DNA from: an uncultured Candidatus Saccharibacteria bacterium
GTDB lineage: Bacteria; Patescibacteriota; Dojkabacteria; B142; OLB20
Direction of reading: 5' to 3'
DNA length: 64,000 bases
Assembly (NCBI GenBank): GCA_964461915.1
Contig: CAYWVD010000001.1
Span: 725,910 to 789,909, forward strand
A program made the position numbers and the translations under genes. Of this stretch, positions 9,693-19,676 are shown piece after piece. The notes under the pieces are model-generated. The model made no database searches. It saw nothing but the letters and a program-made list of their open reading frames with translations, and was not told the DNA's origin. Positions within the stretch are counted from its first letter, which is position 1, and each line of letters begins with the position of its first letter.

Positions 9693-11198
9693 ATGTTAAA
9701 AAAAATGGAAGAAATAAAAACTCCGGAGAGTAAAGCAAAGCCCAAATCAATGAGCAAAAAGACTATTATCATTATCGCGGTATTGGTTGCCGTATTTTGT
9801 GTGTTACCAATTATTGCAATTATTCTTTTTGTGATTTTCTATAAACCCCTACCAATAGACACTATTATTTTCAACGAAGAAGGTACAACAAATAACGAGG
9901 TTACAAATACAGAAGTTGATGGTTTTGGCACTGTAGAGAACGACAATCCACAATGTACCTTACCCATAGTTGATTTTAAGGCTAATGCTTTCTCGATTGG
10001 GGTTCCAAAGGGATGGCTTTATTCTGTTGAAGCAGGGACTGTATCAATAAGATCCGATGAATCAAATACAACCGCAGCATTCCTATACACTGCAAAATTA
10101 GAAAAAGATCTGACTCCAGCTCAGTTTTTGGAAAAATTTGGATATATTTTTGAGCAAACCATTAAAAATGTAAATGGAACATTTGAACTCTTCGATATCT
10201 CATCAAACGAACACTATGCCCAAGGCACAATCAATTCAACAATTGGAAGCGATGTAATGACTGGCTTGATGAAGGTCGATTTAGAAAACGACTTCGTTGT
10301 TTTTAAATCTTACTGGGCTCCTACTCAGGAATATGAAGCCCAAAAGCCTTTACTTGAAGAAATAACCGGCTGTTTTGGAAGAACTAAAATCATTACAGAC
10401 GAGTTACTATCCGGCACTTTATCGGAAGATGGTCAAATTCGAAATCAGGGCAACTCTCCATTTAAAGCTTATCAAGGCAATTATTTCAAATTAAATAAAC
10501 CCGATAATTTTAGCGTTACAGGTGAGACAGATAGTGGCATTGATATGACTCGAAGCGATGGGAATGCCGGTTACAGCTATGCATACGCCACAGGCTTTAC
10601 CGGTGGATATACCCCAAAAAGCTGGGCTGAAAAAGCTCTTCCGCAGTATGCAAAAATATCAAATCTAAGCCTTTCAAACGAACAAAACATCCCTTCTACT
10701 ATTAGCGGACAAGTAATTAAATCATTTGATTTTACAGGGACATTAAACGGATACATCGGAGTAAAAGGCAAAACAACAGTAGGGATCTACTCTACTCCAT
10801 ATATTGGATTCGGTGATCAATACACATCAGCCTTTTGGGGAATTCAAATTGCAACCCCTTCCGAGTGGACAAATGCAGCACCTGTTCTTCAACAGATCCA
10901 AGACTCTCTCGAAATTATCGATATTGGCGCAACCAGGAAAAACACATTGCTTCCACCAAATAGACCAATGGAAGATTACAGCTCTTCAAGCGTAACCTCT
11001 AGCAGTAGTTACAGTGACTCTAAGGATAAATCATCCGAAGAAGAATGGTCCGATGCAATGAGAGGATACGAAACAGTCACCTCACCTAGCACAGGTCAAA
11101 ATTACGATGTCCCTCTAAATTCCTGGAGCTCATACGGTCCAGAGGGCCCAGGTTATTATAGACAATTGCCAAATAATTCTTTAGAAAAGTTACAATAA
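9693..11198 (+). CDS. Membrane-anchored hypothetical surface protein; TM followed by LPIDT; Ser-rich C-terminus.
   Basis: TM IIIIAVLVAVFCVLPIIAIILFVIF then KPLPIDT. Confidence 0.5.
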   Translation: MLKKMEEIKTPESKAKPKSMSKKTIIIIAVLVAVFCVLPIIAIILFVIFYKPLPIDTIIFNEEGTTNNEVTNTEVDGFGTVENDNPQCTLPIVDFKANAFSIGVPKGWLYSVEAGTVSIRSDESNTTAAFLYTAKLEKDLTPAQFLEKFGYIFEQTIKNVNGTFELFDISSNEHYAQGTINSTIGSDVMTGLMKVDLENDFVVFKSYWAPTQEYEAQKPLLEEITGCFGRTKIITDELLSGTLSEDGQIRNQGNSPFKAYQGNYFKLNKPDNFSVTGETDSGIDMTRSDGNAGYSYAYATGFTGGYTPKSWAEKALPQYAKISNLSLSNEQNIPSTISGQVIKSFDFTGTLNGYIGVKGKTTVGIYSTPYIGFGDQYTSAFWGIQIATPSEWTNAAPVLQQIQDSLEIIDIGATRKNTLLPPNRPMEDYSSSSVTSSSSYSDSKDKSSEEEWSDAMRGYETVTSPSTGQNYDVPLNSWSSYGPEGPGYYRQLPNNSLEKLQ

Positions 11199-11204
11199 AA
11201 AATT

Positions 11205-12263
11205 ATGACAAACCCAGAAAATCAAGAATCAACTAAATCTCAAGACTTTGAACTTCCACCAGTTGAAGTAAAACCGGAAGTTATTCCAGACATCCCTCTG
11301 GAAGATGATATCCCTACTGATGAACCAATGCCATTAGATCAGGAAATCTCTACCGATGAGGCATTACCTATCGATAAAGACATCCCTACTAAACAGCCCT
11401 TATCGGAACAACTTCCCAAAGTAGATGAGGATGCGCCAAAAGGCCTTAAAGCCCTGTTTAAACCCCCATTATATAAAAACAAATTCGTAATAATTTCAGG
11501 CTCTTTAATTCTATTAATAGTATTAGTCAGCATAATCGCTTTTTCAAAAAATAATAATTCAATTCAAGAAACTAAATCCTTGATAACTCCTACGGCATTC
11601 CCAAGCACGACAGTAACTGAGCCCCCCACCGCAACAGACACAACAACGCCCATAGCTCTTGAAACCGAATACTCTGTTTTTAGTAATGACTTTGTGAGTT
11701 TTAAATATCCAAAAACTGCACAAGCAAGTGTAGAAACAACTGATTCTTTTCTAACGGACAACATTTATCTAGTCGGTGTACGAGGGGTTAATATTAATGC
11801 CAAAGGTTATCAACTAAAAATTTATCCAGTAGGTGGAATGGGTTGGGGATCATATAAATATGATCCTTTGTATCCGACTCAAATCACTCTACTACCCGAA
11901 GGAGGAGACTCCATAACATATACATTAGACAAAAGCGTTAAAAGGTATACATTAAGTAATAATCTTAATGCAATTTCAGTAAATATTAATGGAAAAAATC
12001 ATCTTTTGATGAATTATCTACTTTCGGATGGTTTGTCCATCGAAGAATCAAGAAATTTATACTTTGAATCTAGCGGAATAACGGTTTGGCGAGATAAAGA
12101 ATTCAAATTCATAAAAGGATTTGATAATGAAGGCATCGAAAAATCTTATCAGTACGATGCATATATGATTGATGTAAATTTTAAATCAAACACCGAAGCT
12201 GAATACGCTCAATTCGTGCAAGACTTCAATCAATTAATGAATAGCTATAAATTCTTGAGATAG
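11205..12263 (+). CDS. Hypothetical membrane protein with an N-terminal acidic Pro-rich repeat region.
   Basis: Repeats DIPLEDDIPTDEPMPLDQEISTDEALPIDKDIPT, then a TM, then an ectodomain. Confidence 0.5.
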   Translation: MTNPENQESTKSQDFELPPVEVKPEVIPDIPLEDDIPTDEPMPLDQEISTDEALPIDKDIPTKQPLSEQLPKVDEDAPKGLKALFKPPLYKNKFVIISGSLILLIVLVSIIAFSKNNNSIQETKSLITPTAFPSTTVTEPPTATDTTTPIALETEYSVFSNDFVSFKYPKTAQASVETTDSFLTDNIYLVGVRGVNINAKGYQLKIYPVGGMGWGSYKYDPLYPTQITLLPEGGDSITYTLDKSVKRYTLSNNLNAISVNINGKNHLLMNYLLSDGLSIEESRNLYFESSGITVWRDKEFKFIKGFDNEGIEKSYQYDAYMIDVNFKSNTEAEYAQFVQDFNQLMNSYKFLR

Positions 12264-12274
12264 GACTAAAAATT

Positions 12275-12997
12275 TCAAGGCCTATACTGTTCAGTGATTT
12301 CAGTCACTTTATTGTTGACTATATGCATTTTAAAAAACGAAGTGTATTCTCCTGAATACTGACCGCACTCATCGTTAACGAACTCTGAAAGAGCGATCTC
12401 TTTTAGACTCATTACAGGCTCGAATCCGCAGTCGTTATCGGGATGCCTTAATAATTTGATAACAACTGATGAGCTCAATTGTAAATCGTAGTCTTTATTC
12501 CTTGGGATATCGATTCCATAATCTCCCTCATCAATACAAGTGTGATTGGCGCAATATTCTTTATATTCTTGGTTATCAGGATTAACGAATACCCATTCAG
12601 CAAACTCGATTTTGGAAGTAGTAATCGTTTTGATCTTCCCCATTAATACACTATCGTCAATAATACTAACAGCCGGAGTTGTCACAACCGGTGAAGGGGC
12701 TACCGTGGTTGTGACGATTGGAGTATCAGTTGGGGCTTCCGTGACGACCGTGGTTTTTGTCGGCATAATAATAATGTCATAGCCATTTTTTGAGGTTAGG
12801 GTAAATAAATATAAACAAACCGCCCCCATCAGAATGAAAAAGAAAAGCAGAATTAAAATGATTATCAAAAGCTTCTTTGAAGATTTCTTTGTGGGCTTAG
12901 AATTTTGATGAGCCGTAATTGGAGCCCCTTCTTGAGGTAATTCATTTTTAGGATCGATTTTAGGAAATTCTTGAGTGTTGTTTGTATTTTCTTCCAT
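12275..12997 (-). CDS. Membrane-anchored protein with a Thr/Val/Pro-rich linker and a Cys-containing C-terminal domain.
   Basis: TM LLIIILILLFFFILMGAVCLYLF; linker TTVVTEAPTDTPIVTTTVAPSPVVTTPAV. Confidence 0.5.
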   Translation of the reverse strand: MEENTNNTQEFPKIDPKNELPQEGAPITAHQNSKPTKKSSKKLLIIILILLFFFILMGAVCLYLFTLTSKNGYDIIIMPTKTTVVTEAPTDTPIVTTTVAPSPVVTTPAVSIIDDSVLMGKIKTITTSKIEFAEWVFVNPDNQEYKEYCANHTCIDEGDYGIDIPRNKDYDLQLSSSVVIKLLRHPDNDCGFEPVMSLKEIALSEFVNDECGQYSGEYTSFFKMHIVNNKVTEITEQYRP

Positions 12998-13013
12998 AGG
13001 ATTAATATAAGAA

Positions 13014-13427
13014 TTATTTTATATTTTTAATTATAACCTCAGTTGTATTAAAAAAACACTCAACTACTTCTTCTCTAAGGACTTCGGTGAATCCCCTTAC
13101 TCCGTATTTGCTAGCAGAATAAATTGTTTGTCCTGGCTGAGCAGAGTAGCCCGACCTTGAAGAAATATTAATAATAAACCATCGCATAGGGATTTGTCTC
13201 CAATTATAAAAAATTGTGTGTTCGTCTTCACTTTCTTCCTTGTGGAATAGGGAACTAATATCAATTTCACTAGATGATTTCAAGTCGATCACTGAAAGAT
13301 CTGCTGCGCTATACGAATAGGTGTTTGTGAGTTTATCAATTACAATATAATTTCCATCTGGTGAAATTGAAACGGGCATTCCATAGAAATCGCTATATTC
13401 CCAAGCCCTAGTATTCATATCTGCCAC
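13014..13427 (-). pseudogene. Chimeric gene fragment: beta-propeller-like N-terminal half fused to the C-terminal part of a short-chain dehydrogenase (YSASKYGVRGFTE). Probably a remnant truncated at the IS boundary.
   Basis: SDR catalytic YxxxK motif sits at the C-terminus without the Rossmann N-terminus; the start lies 40 bp from the IS left inverted repeat. Confidence 0.4.
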
Positions 13428-13468
13428 AACCAGATTTTTAAGAGAAATATGAGTGTTTATAAAATATA

Positions 13469-14215
13469 GGGTCTTGCCCAGTTAACTAAGTATAAAATAG
13501 TTAACTAACATTGGTATAATGTATAAATATGGGCATACACTTTCGTCGACGAATCTCTAATCAAAAATATTCAATAATTTTGAGATCTTTTATCGCTGAT
13601 ATTCAATCATCAAAAACAGCTCAGATTGTTGGAGTAAATCGTAAAACAACAGATAGATACTTTAACTACTTTAGGAAGCTAATACAGGTATCAGCTCTTG
13701 CTGAAAGATATTCTGTACAATTAAGTAACGGTATAGAAGCAGATGAGAGTTACTTTGGTCCTAGAAGGGTTAGAGGTAAAAGAGGCCGTGGAGCAAGAGG
13801 AAAAGTAATTGTATTTGGATTGTTAAAAAGAAATGGAAAAGTATATTGTGAAATAATTAAAAACACAGAAAGACAAGTACTTATGCCAATAATCAGGCGA
13901 GTAGTACAATCAGGTTCGGATATATATTCAGATGGTTGGAAGTCATATAATGCATTAGCAATATATGGATACAATCATAAGAAGGTTAAACATAATGAGA
14001 ATGAATTTGCTAGACCTGATGGTACACATATAAACGGAGTAGAATCGTATTGGTCATGGACAAAGAGAAGATTAAACAAGTTTAATGGTATCTCTAAAAG
14101 ACATTTTGCAGAATATTTGTTAGAATCAGAATGGAGGTTTAATCATAGGGATACTTTAGAGGAGGATCTCAAAAAATTAATCCGAAAATCTTAACTTAAC
14201 TGGGCAAGACCCTAC
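13469..14215 (+). mobile_element. Compact IS1595-family (ISXO2-like) insertion sequence with perfect 17-bp terminal inverted repeats.
   Basis: GGGTCTTGCCCAGTTAA at 13469-13485; its reverse complement TTAACTGGGCAAGACCC at 14199-14215; the inverted repeats flank a single transposase ORF. Confidence 0.75.
13529..14194 (+). CDS. IS1595-family transposase (DDE_Tnp_IS1595 / ISXO2-like).
   Basis: Basic GKRGRGARGK segment, VIVFGLLKRNGKVY, SDGWKSY, NGVESYWSWTKRRL: characteristic ISXO2-like core. Confidence 0.8.
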   Translation: MGIHFRRRISNQKYSIILRSFIADIQSSKTAQIVGVNRKTTDRYFNYFRKLIQVSALAERYSVQLSNGIEADESYFGPRRVRGKRGRGARGKVIVFGLLKRNGKVYCEIIKNTERQVLMPIIRRVVQSGSDIYSDGWKSYNALAIYGYNHKKVKHNENEFARPDGTHINGVESYWSWTKRRLNKFNGISKRHFAEYLLESEWRFNHRDTLEEDLKKLIRKS

Positions 14216-14232
14216 ATTAATTTGATTATTAA

Positions 14233-14706
14233 TTGATAAACATGGAAGTAAAAGAACACAACACTGCTGGTTGCTTTCTTATTCGTAAAAATGACGCAGG
14301 TATCTGGGAAATTGTATTGATATATAAAAAATGGGCTGAGGATAATCAAGGCTGGGTACCACCGAAGGGCCATGTTGAAGAAGACGAAACCCTAGAAGAG
14401 GCTGCAATTAGAGAGACTTTTGAAGAAACTGGCTATAAGAATATGAAAATAATTGAGCCACTTGAAACATTAAACCTTGAGTATCCATGGGATGACGGCT
14501 TTATACATAAGAAATCAATACATTACTTTCTAGCAGTATTGGAAGATGAAGAAAGAGGAAGTCTGAAACAAAGCCAACAAGAAGAAGATTCTACTGTAAA
14601 AGTGGATTGGTTAACTCTAGAAAATGCTGAAAAAGATCTAAAGTTTGATGATGAAAGAGAAATACTAAGAAAAGTTATTCAGATTCTAAAAGAGAGAGAT
14701 TTATAA
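14233..14706 (+). CDS. NUDIX hydrolase.
   Basis: Nudix box GHVEEDETLEEAAIRETFEETGY. Confidence 0.8.
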   Translation: MINMEVKEHNTAGCFLIRKNDAGIWEIVLIYKKWAEDNQGWVPPKGHVEEDETLEEAAIRETFEETGYKNMKIIEPLETLNLEYPWDDGFIHKKSIHYFLAVLEDEERGSLKQSQQEEDSTVKVDWLTLENAEKDLKFDDEREILRKVIQILKERDL

Positions 14707-14776
14707 CCAAATTACCTCTCCATTCCCATCAACATAATGCCAGCGCTGTTTCCGCTCACCTTTACGTGGATGAGTT

Positions 14777-15316
14777 TTGAAGAACTCAACATTATCCTCA
14801 GCCATGGAGGTAGCTCCAAGGCAATGGAATAAACAAATATTCCCCTTCAAGAAGATATCAAAGTGTGGTGGATGTGGCGGAAGTGTGACTGCCGAGATAA
14901 AGTACAGAAGGCAGAAGAATGGCAAAATAAATACTCACATCTACTATCATTGCAATAGGATAAGAGATTATGACTGTAAGGAACCGTACATCACAGAAAC
15001 AGAGTTAATCAAACAATTAACAACGCTACTGCCAGAGATCAAGATAGATACAGAATTTATGTGGCAAAGATTTGAAGATGATATCAAACGACTAAACCAT
15101 CTGAGAGGAGTAATGAATCAAGGAGCTAATGAAATTAGACTTACACCGCACAATACCCAAAAGAGTAAAACTGAAATTACTGAAGAAGAAAATCAAATGC
15201 TCCGACAATACTTAGTACATATACTTCAATACGGTACGCCTGAAGAAAGGAAGAATATTTTAGGCGGTATCAAATCTAAATTCGAACTATCAGACAGGAG
15301 GCTACTTTTACGATAG
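14777..15316 (+). pseudogene. Truncated large serine recombinase (C-terminal zinc-ribbon/coiled-coil portion only). No ATG; TTG-initiated ORF bounded by a stop at 14771.
   Basis: KCGGCGGSV...(15 aa)...YYHCNRIRDYDCKEPYITETELIKQLTTLL matches the recombinase zinc beta-ribbon; the N-terminal catalytic domain is absent. Confidence 0.55.
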
Positions 15317-16216
15317 CAACGAGCCAATCCTTTTTCTTCCTGCCGAAGTTGGCTCGTACAACTGTCCACTTGTATTTCTAACAAGACCTACATTCATGAG
15401 TTCATCTAGAGCTTCACAATAATCAGTAGAGTTTTCCGTAAAATCTCGATTCCCAGCCCTAACGAATTCTCCCCTTTGATCAGTCGATAGTAGATATATT
15501 GTGTTATGGTCTTCACTATCCATTTCCATTAGTATTTCAGTAGCTTGTTTAGATAATTTGGTGAAAGGGTTTTTACCTATTAGGATATAGGTATCCATTA
15601 AGTTGAGATGGTTGTCGTCTACACTAACTTTCCATCCTTCTCCCTGGGCTTCGTATTCATAAATATATGTCTCTCCGTTGGTTAGAGTAACTAAAGCATG
15701 AAGATTACCGTTACGATCATATATTGATTTCAAGAGAATTTCTTGATTTTCCGCATCCTCAATAAAATAGTTTGCAACAAGATCTGTATCTGTTCTAACA
15801 ATTTTCTGAAATTTTGTTCCTCTACCTATTGGTTGCTCCTTACTGTCTAGAAATGTAAATTTTGCTACAGATGAAGGCGATGAAGTAGTTAACTTACCAA
15901 AAACTGACCCTTTTGGATTACTAACCCTGTAATTACTTGTCATCCTAAAATCGATATCCGGTGGGTTAGAGGATGAGTTATTCTGAATGAAAGTATTATT
16001 TGTTGTATGCTTTGCATTGTTTTCACCTTGGATTACGTCTCCCGAAATACTCATATCTCCATTAGATGAAACATTCATTTCTGCTCTTTTAGGCTTGAGT
16101 AAACCAATTAACCATTTAAATAGACCTGATATCCAGCCTAGAATTATGGTTACCACAAAAATGACAACTGCTACAACTCCTTGATTATTGTTTAACCAAT
16201 CTACTATGTTTTCCAT
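15308..16216 (-). CDS. Hypothetical membrane-anchored protein (island cargo next to the tRNA).
   Basis: One N-terminal TM; no recognisable domains. Confidence 0.45.
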   Translation of the reverse strand: MENIVDWLNNNQGVVAVVIFVVTIILGWISGLFKWLIGLLKPKRAEMNVSSNGDMSISGDVIQGENNAKHTTNNTFIQNNSSSNPPDIDFRMTSNYRVSNPKGSVFGKLTTSSPSSVAKFTFLDSKEQPIGRGTKFQKIVRTDTDLVANYFIEDAENQEILLKSIYDRNGNLHALVTLTNGETYIYEYEAQGEGWKVSVDDNHLNLMDTYILIGKNPFTKLSKQATEILMEMDSEDHNTIYLLSTDQRGEFVRAGNRDFTENSTDYCEALDELMNVGLVRNTSGQLYEPTSAGRKRIGSLLS

Positions 16217-16476
16217 AACTTCATTATACTTCGTTGCCTAATTTTACTGCAAAATCTTTAAACAGAAACAGGACTGCAACGGATATATAGGCACCAGAAA
16301 CGCAAGCCCAGCAACAAAAAAGCTTAGAACCACAGAGTTGTAAATTTCATCAGTTTTGGGGAAATTTTAGGAAATTTCAGTGACTTTAGGGTTTTGAGAA
16401 AATTTGGGGCTGATTTAGCAAGCCATACAAGGGTTTCTAGCGTCGAGAAACGGGTCTTATCAGAACATAACAAAAA

Positions 16477-16566
16477 TGGCGGAGAGGCCGGGATTCGAAC
16501 CCGGGAAGGATTTTACTCCTTGCCTCGTTAGCAGTGAGGTACTTTCGGCCACTCAGTCACCTCTCC
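16477..16566 (-). tRNA. tRNA-Ser(GCT), long variable arm, CCA encoded.
   Basis: Minus strand reads GGAGAGGTGACTGAGTGGCCGAAAGTACCTCACTGCTAACGAGG...CCCGGGTTCGAATCCCGGCCTCTCCGCCA; the anticodon loop CUGCUAA gives GCU. Confidence 0.9.
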
Positions 16567-16586
16567 ATTTAAAACTTACCCCTTGA

Positions 16587-16613
16587 TTATAACAAAAGAA
16601 ATAATATCTTCAA
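16587..16613 (-). promoter_or_regulatory. Putative sigma70-type promoter for tRNA-Ser (TTGAAG, 16-nt spacer, TGtTATAAT extended -10).
   Basis: Minus-strand read ttgaagatattatttcttttgttataat ends about 19 nt upstream of the tRNA 5' end. Confidence 0.4.
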
Positions 16614-16704
16614 AACGGATTTACAAAAGATATACACATCGATTAGTTTTTGTGTTAAATTTAATATAATTGAATGGAATTGTAATAAATTTTAGTCTGC
16701 CCTA

Positions 16705-17310
16705 TTGAAAAAAGGATTTAATTTTCTAAAACCTCAGGTTGAAGCCCCTTCACAGTGGTCAGCTATTTACGATTGGATTACAGGGACGGCTAAGGCTGTC
16801 CTAATTGTTTTTGAGGTGGCAGTGATTCTTGCTCTAGTAATAAGAATAATTGTTGATGTCCAAGGTAAAAATATCGATCAGCAGATTGAAACGCTCGAAT
16901 CAATAATGGCACAAAGGAGCTTCGAGGAAGAAAAATATCGATTACTCCAACAAAAAACCTTGGGATATTCAACTATTTGGACTAGAGGCCAAATCTATAG
17001 TGAAGTATATAATCAGATCAACGAATTCTTGCCTCAATCAAGTGTAAAATTTGATGTGTCAATTATCGGCTCAAAGATTAGTATTTCTGGTAAGGCTACC
17101 AATATTGATATTGATACAATGGAAAAGGGCTTAAAAGAATCTCCCCTTTTTAAAGATACGAAGTTAACAATACTTGAAAAATCTTCATCCGAAGCAAACC
17201 AGTTATCGACCTATTCTTTTACAAGCACAATAACCAATCCTAGATTTAAAGTGTTAAGCGATCCGAATACTGTAATTGTTACACCAACTCCAATAGTTAA
17301 AACAAATTAA
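16705..17310 (+). CDS. PilN-like type IV pilus assembly protein (tentative).
   Basis: Short cytoplasmic N-terminus, one TM, coiled-coil then periplasmic domain; first of three small co-oriented bitopic genes. Confidence 0.35.
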   Translation: MKKGFNFLKPQVEAPSQWSAIYDWITGTAKAVLIVFEVAVILALVIRIIVDVQGKNIDQQIETLESIMAQRSFEEEKYRLLQQKTLGYSTIWTRGQIYSEVYNQINEFLPQSSVKFDVSIIGSKISISGKATNIDIDTMEKGLKESPLFKDTKLTILEKSSSEANQLSTYSFTSTITNPRFKVLSDPNTVIVTPTPIVKTN

Positions 17311-17313
17311 AAT

Positions 17314-17946
17314 ATGGCTTTTACAACTAATTACAAACTGGCAAATATATTCAATTCAAAAAAGACTAGTTCTTTTACTACTGGTGGATTGACCATTCTA
17401 ATGATCGTATTGATGTTGGTTCTCGCAATTTTGCCTGCTTACAAATCAATAACCGATCAATTAAAGAACAATGAAACAAAAACAAAATATTTGAGCGACC
17501 TTAAACAAAAAAGGATTGCTATGGACTCTCTTAGCGAAGAGTTCTTAGAGAACAAAAATCTAATATCTTTATATCAAAAATACAACGGCACAAAGCCAAA
17601 TACAGAATTGCTTTTAGCTAATTTCGCAAAAATCTGTGAAAAAGAAAGTTGTAAATTGGTTTCGGTTAGTTTTGATCCTGTTCAAGAGACAAAAGATGAA
17701 GAGATATTAGCAATCCCCGGGGTTGTGACTAATCCCGTTAAAATCTCTATGATAGGAACTATCGAACAATTGGATAATGTATTAAGCGACCTTGAGGATT
17801 TCGCAATCCCATTAAACATTTTAGATGTTAAATATTCTCATTATCTAGAAAAGACCGGAACAACAGTACAAGAAGAGAAATCAGTGATTGAAGATCCTAG
17901 GTTTGAACTTCAAATTATATTAGAATACTATCTTTGGAGCGAATAA
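17314..17946 (+). CDS. PilO-like type IV pilus assembly protein (tentative).
   Basis: Bitopic topology with coiled-coil after the TM; gene order matches pilN-pilO. Confidence 0.35.
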   Translation: MAFTTNYKLANIFNSKKTSSFTTGGLTILMIVLMLVLAILPAYKSITDQLKNNETKTKYLSDLKQKRIAMDSLSEEFLENKNLISLYQKYNGTKPNTELLLANFAKICEKESCKLVSVSFDPVQETKDEEILAIPGVVTNPVKISMIGTIEQLDNVLSDLEDFAIPLNILDVKYSHYLEKTGTTVQEEKSVIEDPRFELQIILEYYLWSE

Positions 17947-17949
17947 ATT

Positions 17950-18165
17950 ATGAATAGAACTTGGACTTTTTTTATGGGGATAGCAATTTTTGTGATGCTA
18001 TCAATGTTTGTTTACGAATTATATGTTTCTGTTTCTGGAGGAAATGTTACTTTTAATAAGACTGTTACACATATTGAAAGCTCTCTGGGATCTTCAAACC
18101 TATTAACATTTATGGACAAATATCAAAATTTGACGATTAAGACGGAAGAACTTGACGATAAATAA
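17950..18165 (+). CDS. Small bitopic membrane protein (PilP-like position).
   Basis: N-terminal TM; 71 aa. Confidence 0.3.
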   Translation: MNRTWTFFMGIAIFVMLSMFVYELYVSVSGGNVTFNKTVTHIESSLGSSNLLTFMDKYQNLTIKTEELDDK

Positions 18166-18213
18166 TCTTGTTATACAATCTACCTATATATATTAAATTC
18201 TTATTATCTACTA

Positions 18214-19176
18214 ATGGATTACATTGCAAATCTAAAAAAATCTTTAAAGCTTGTTTGGGAAAATAAATTTTTATGGATTCTAGGCTTTATAGCTTCTTTT
18301 GCTGTTGGGAACGGATCTGGATCAAGTGGATCCGGTTCTGACTTCAGCCGTTTATATAATTCTGATTTAACTAAAGGGACCCTCACGCCAACACCAACCC
18401 TAAAAGGTTTAGAGGGATTAACCTCTCAAGATCCAACAATATTTATAATTTTAATGATCTGTTTGGTCTTAGTATTTATAATAATTGGCTTAATTTTTAC
18501 CTATTTAGGACATAGAGGACAAAGCGGCTTGATTCAATCTGCAGCATTACTAGATGATGGGCATACAAGTAATTTCAGTAAATCCTGGTCACTCGGTAGA
18601 AAAAAAGTATGGTCAATTTGGCTCCAAAAGGTAGTCTTGGGTTTACCAACTTTAATATTGATTTTTCCAATAGTCGTATTAGCTATATTTATAGCCTTTA
18701 GTTCGGAAACAAACAAATTTAATACCGATTCATTAGCTCCACTTTCAATACTTTTAATTGTTTTACTCTGTTGCTTTGGAATTATCGCCTTCATTTATGG
18801 AATATTAATGAGTATTTTGACTCCAATCACAATTAGGGAAATGATTTTTGAAAACAAGGGAATTATTGAGGGTATTAAAAGCGGTTTTGAATTATTTAAA
18901 AAGAATTTTAAGGATGTTTTAGTAAGCTTTCTATTGCAATTCGTGGCGACTATTCCTTATTCATTAGTCACTGGATTGATTCTCGTTGTATTGATAATTA
19001 CAATAATGATTCCTGCTGTTTTTGCAGGGATAGCATTTCAATCCCCATGGGGGATTGTAGCACTGGTTTGTGGCGGGCTCGCTGTGATTTGGATTATTGG
19101 TTCAGTATTTTCTAGCGCTTTAATTGCCTTCCAAGAGACATATTGGACTATTGTATACAAAAAGTTAAAGAGATAA
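18214..19176 (+). CDS. Polytopic membrane protein with a Gly/Ser-rich loop, hypothetical.
   Basis: About 6-7 TM helices; GNGSGSSGSGSD loop. Confidence 0.5.
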   Translation: MDYIANLKKSLKLVWENKFLWILGFIASFAVGNGSGSSGSGSDFSRLYNSDLTKGTLTPTPTLKGLEGLTSQDPTIFIILMICLVLVFIIIGLIFTYLGHRGQSGLIQSAALLDDGHTSNFSKSWSLGRKKVWSIWLQKVVLGLPTLILIFPIVVLAIFIAFSSETNKFNTDSLAPLSILLIVLLCCFGIIAFIYGILMSILTPITIREMIFENKGIIEGIKSGFELFKKNFKDVLVSFLLQFVATIPYSLVTGLILVVLIITIMIPAVFAGIAFQSPWGIVALVCGGLAVIWIIGSVFSSALIAFQETYWTIVYKKLKR

Positions 19177-19671
19177 ATGAAGTATGCATTCATTAGTTTT
19201 GTGCTTAGCATTTTCCTTGTATTTATAGGCATTTATATCACTAACAGCCTTACCCCTTTTGTAGAGGAAAATCTACTCGACTATGCAGAATCTCAAGAAT
19301 TCCTAACCGATAACGAAGTAGTTAATAGCATTGAGACAATGATAGATAAAGGCATCATTTTCAGAATGTTAGACTGGAAAAATGTTACAGTTTTTCTACT
19401 AGTTTTTTGTGGGGCCTTTACTGCATTCTTTTCGTCTTTACATATCTTTTTTGATAAACTCTTTTTTAAGAAGTTTGAAGAATCGCCAAACTATTTTGCC
19501 GCAATCCGAAGAGGCCTTCTAATCTGCTTTGTGGTGGTTGGAATATTTTTTCTTCGACTAATTTTGAATCTTTATTGGTATAATGCAATTGCATTGGTTT
19601 TGCTCGCGGTTTTTATTGAAATATTTACTGCTGGCATTACTAAAAAATCAAAAATAATTGATACGAAATAG
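19177..19671 (+). CDS. Membrane protein, hypothetical (about 4 TM).
   Basis: Hydropathy. Confidence 0.45.
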   Translation: MKYAFISFVLSIFLVFIGIYITNSLTPFVEENLLDYAESQEFLTDNEVVNSIETMIDKGIIFRMLDWKNVTVFLLVFCGAFTAFFSSLHIFFDKLFFKKFEESPNYFAAIRRGLLICFVVVGIFFLRLILNLYWYNAIALVLLAVFIEIFTAGITKKSKIIDTK

Positions 19672-19676
19672 TAATT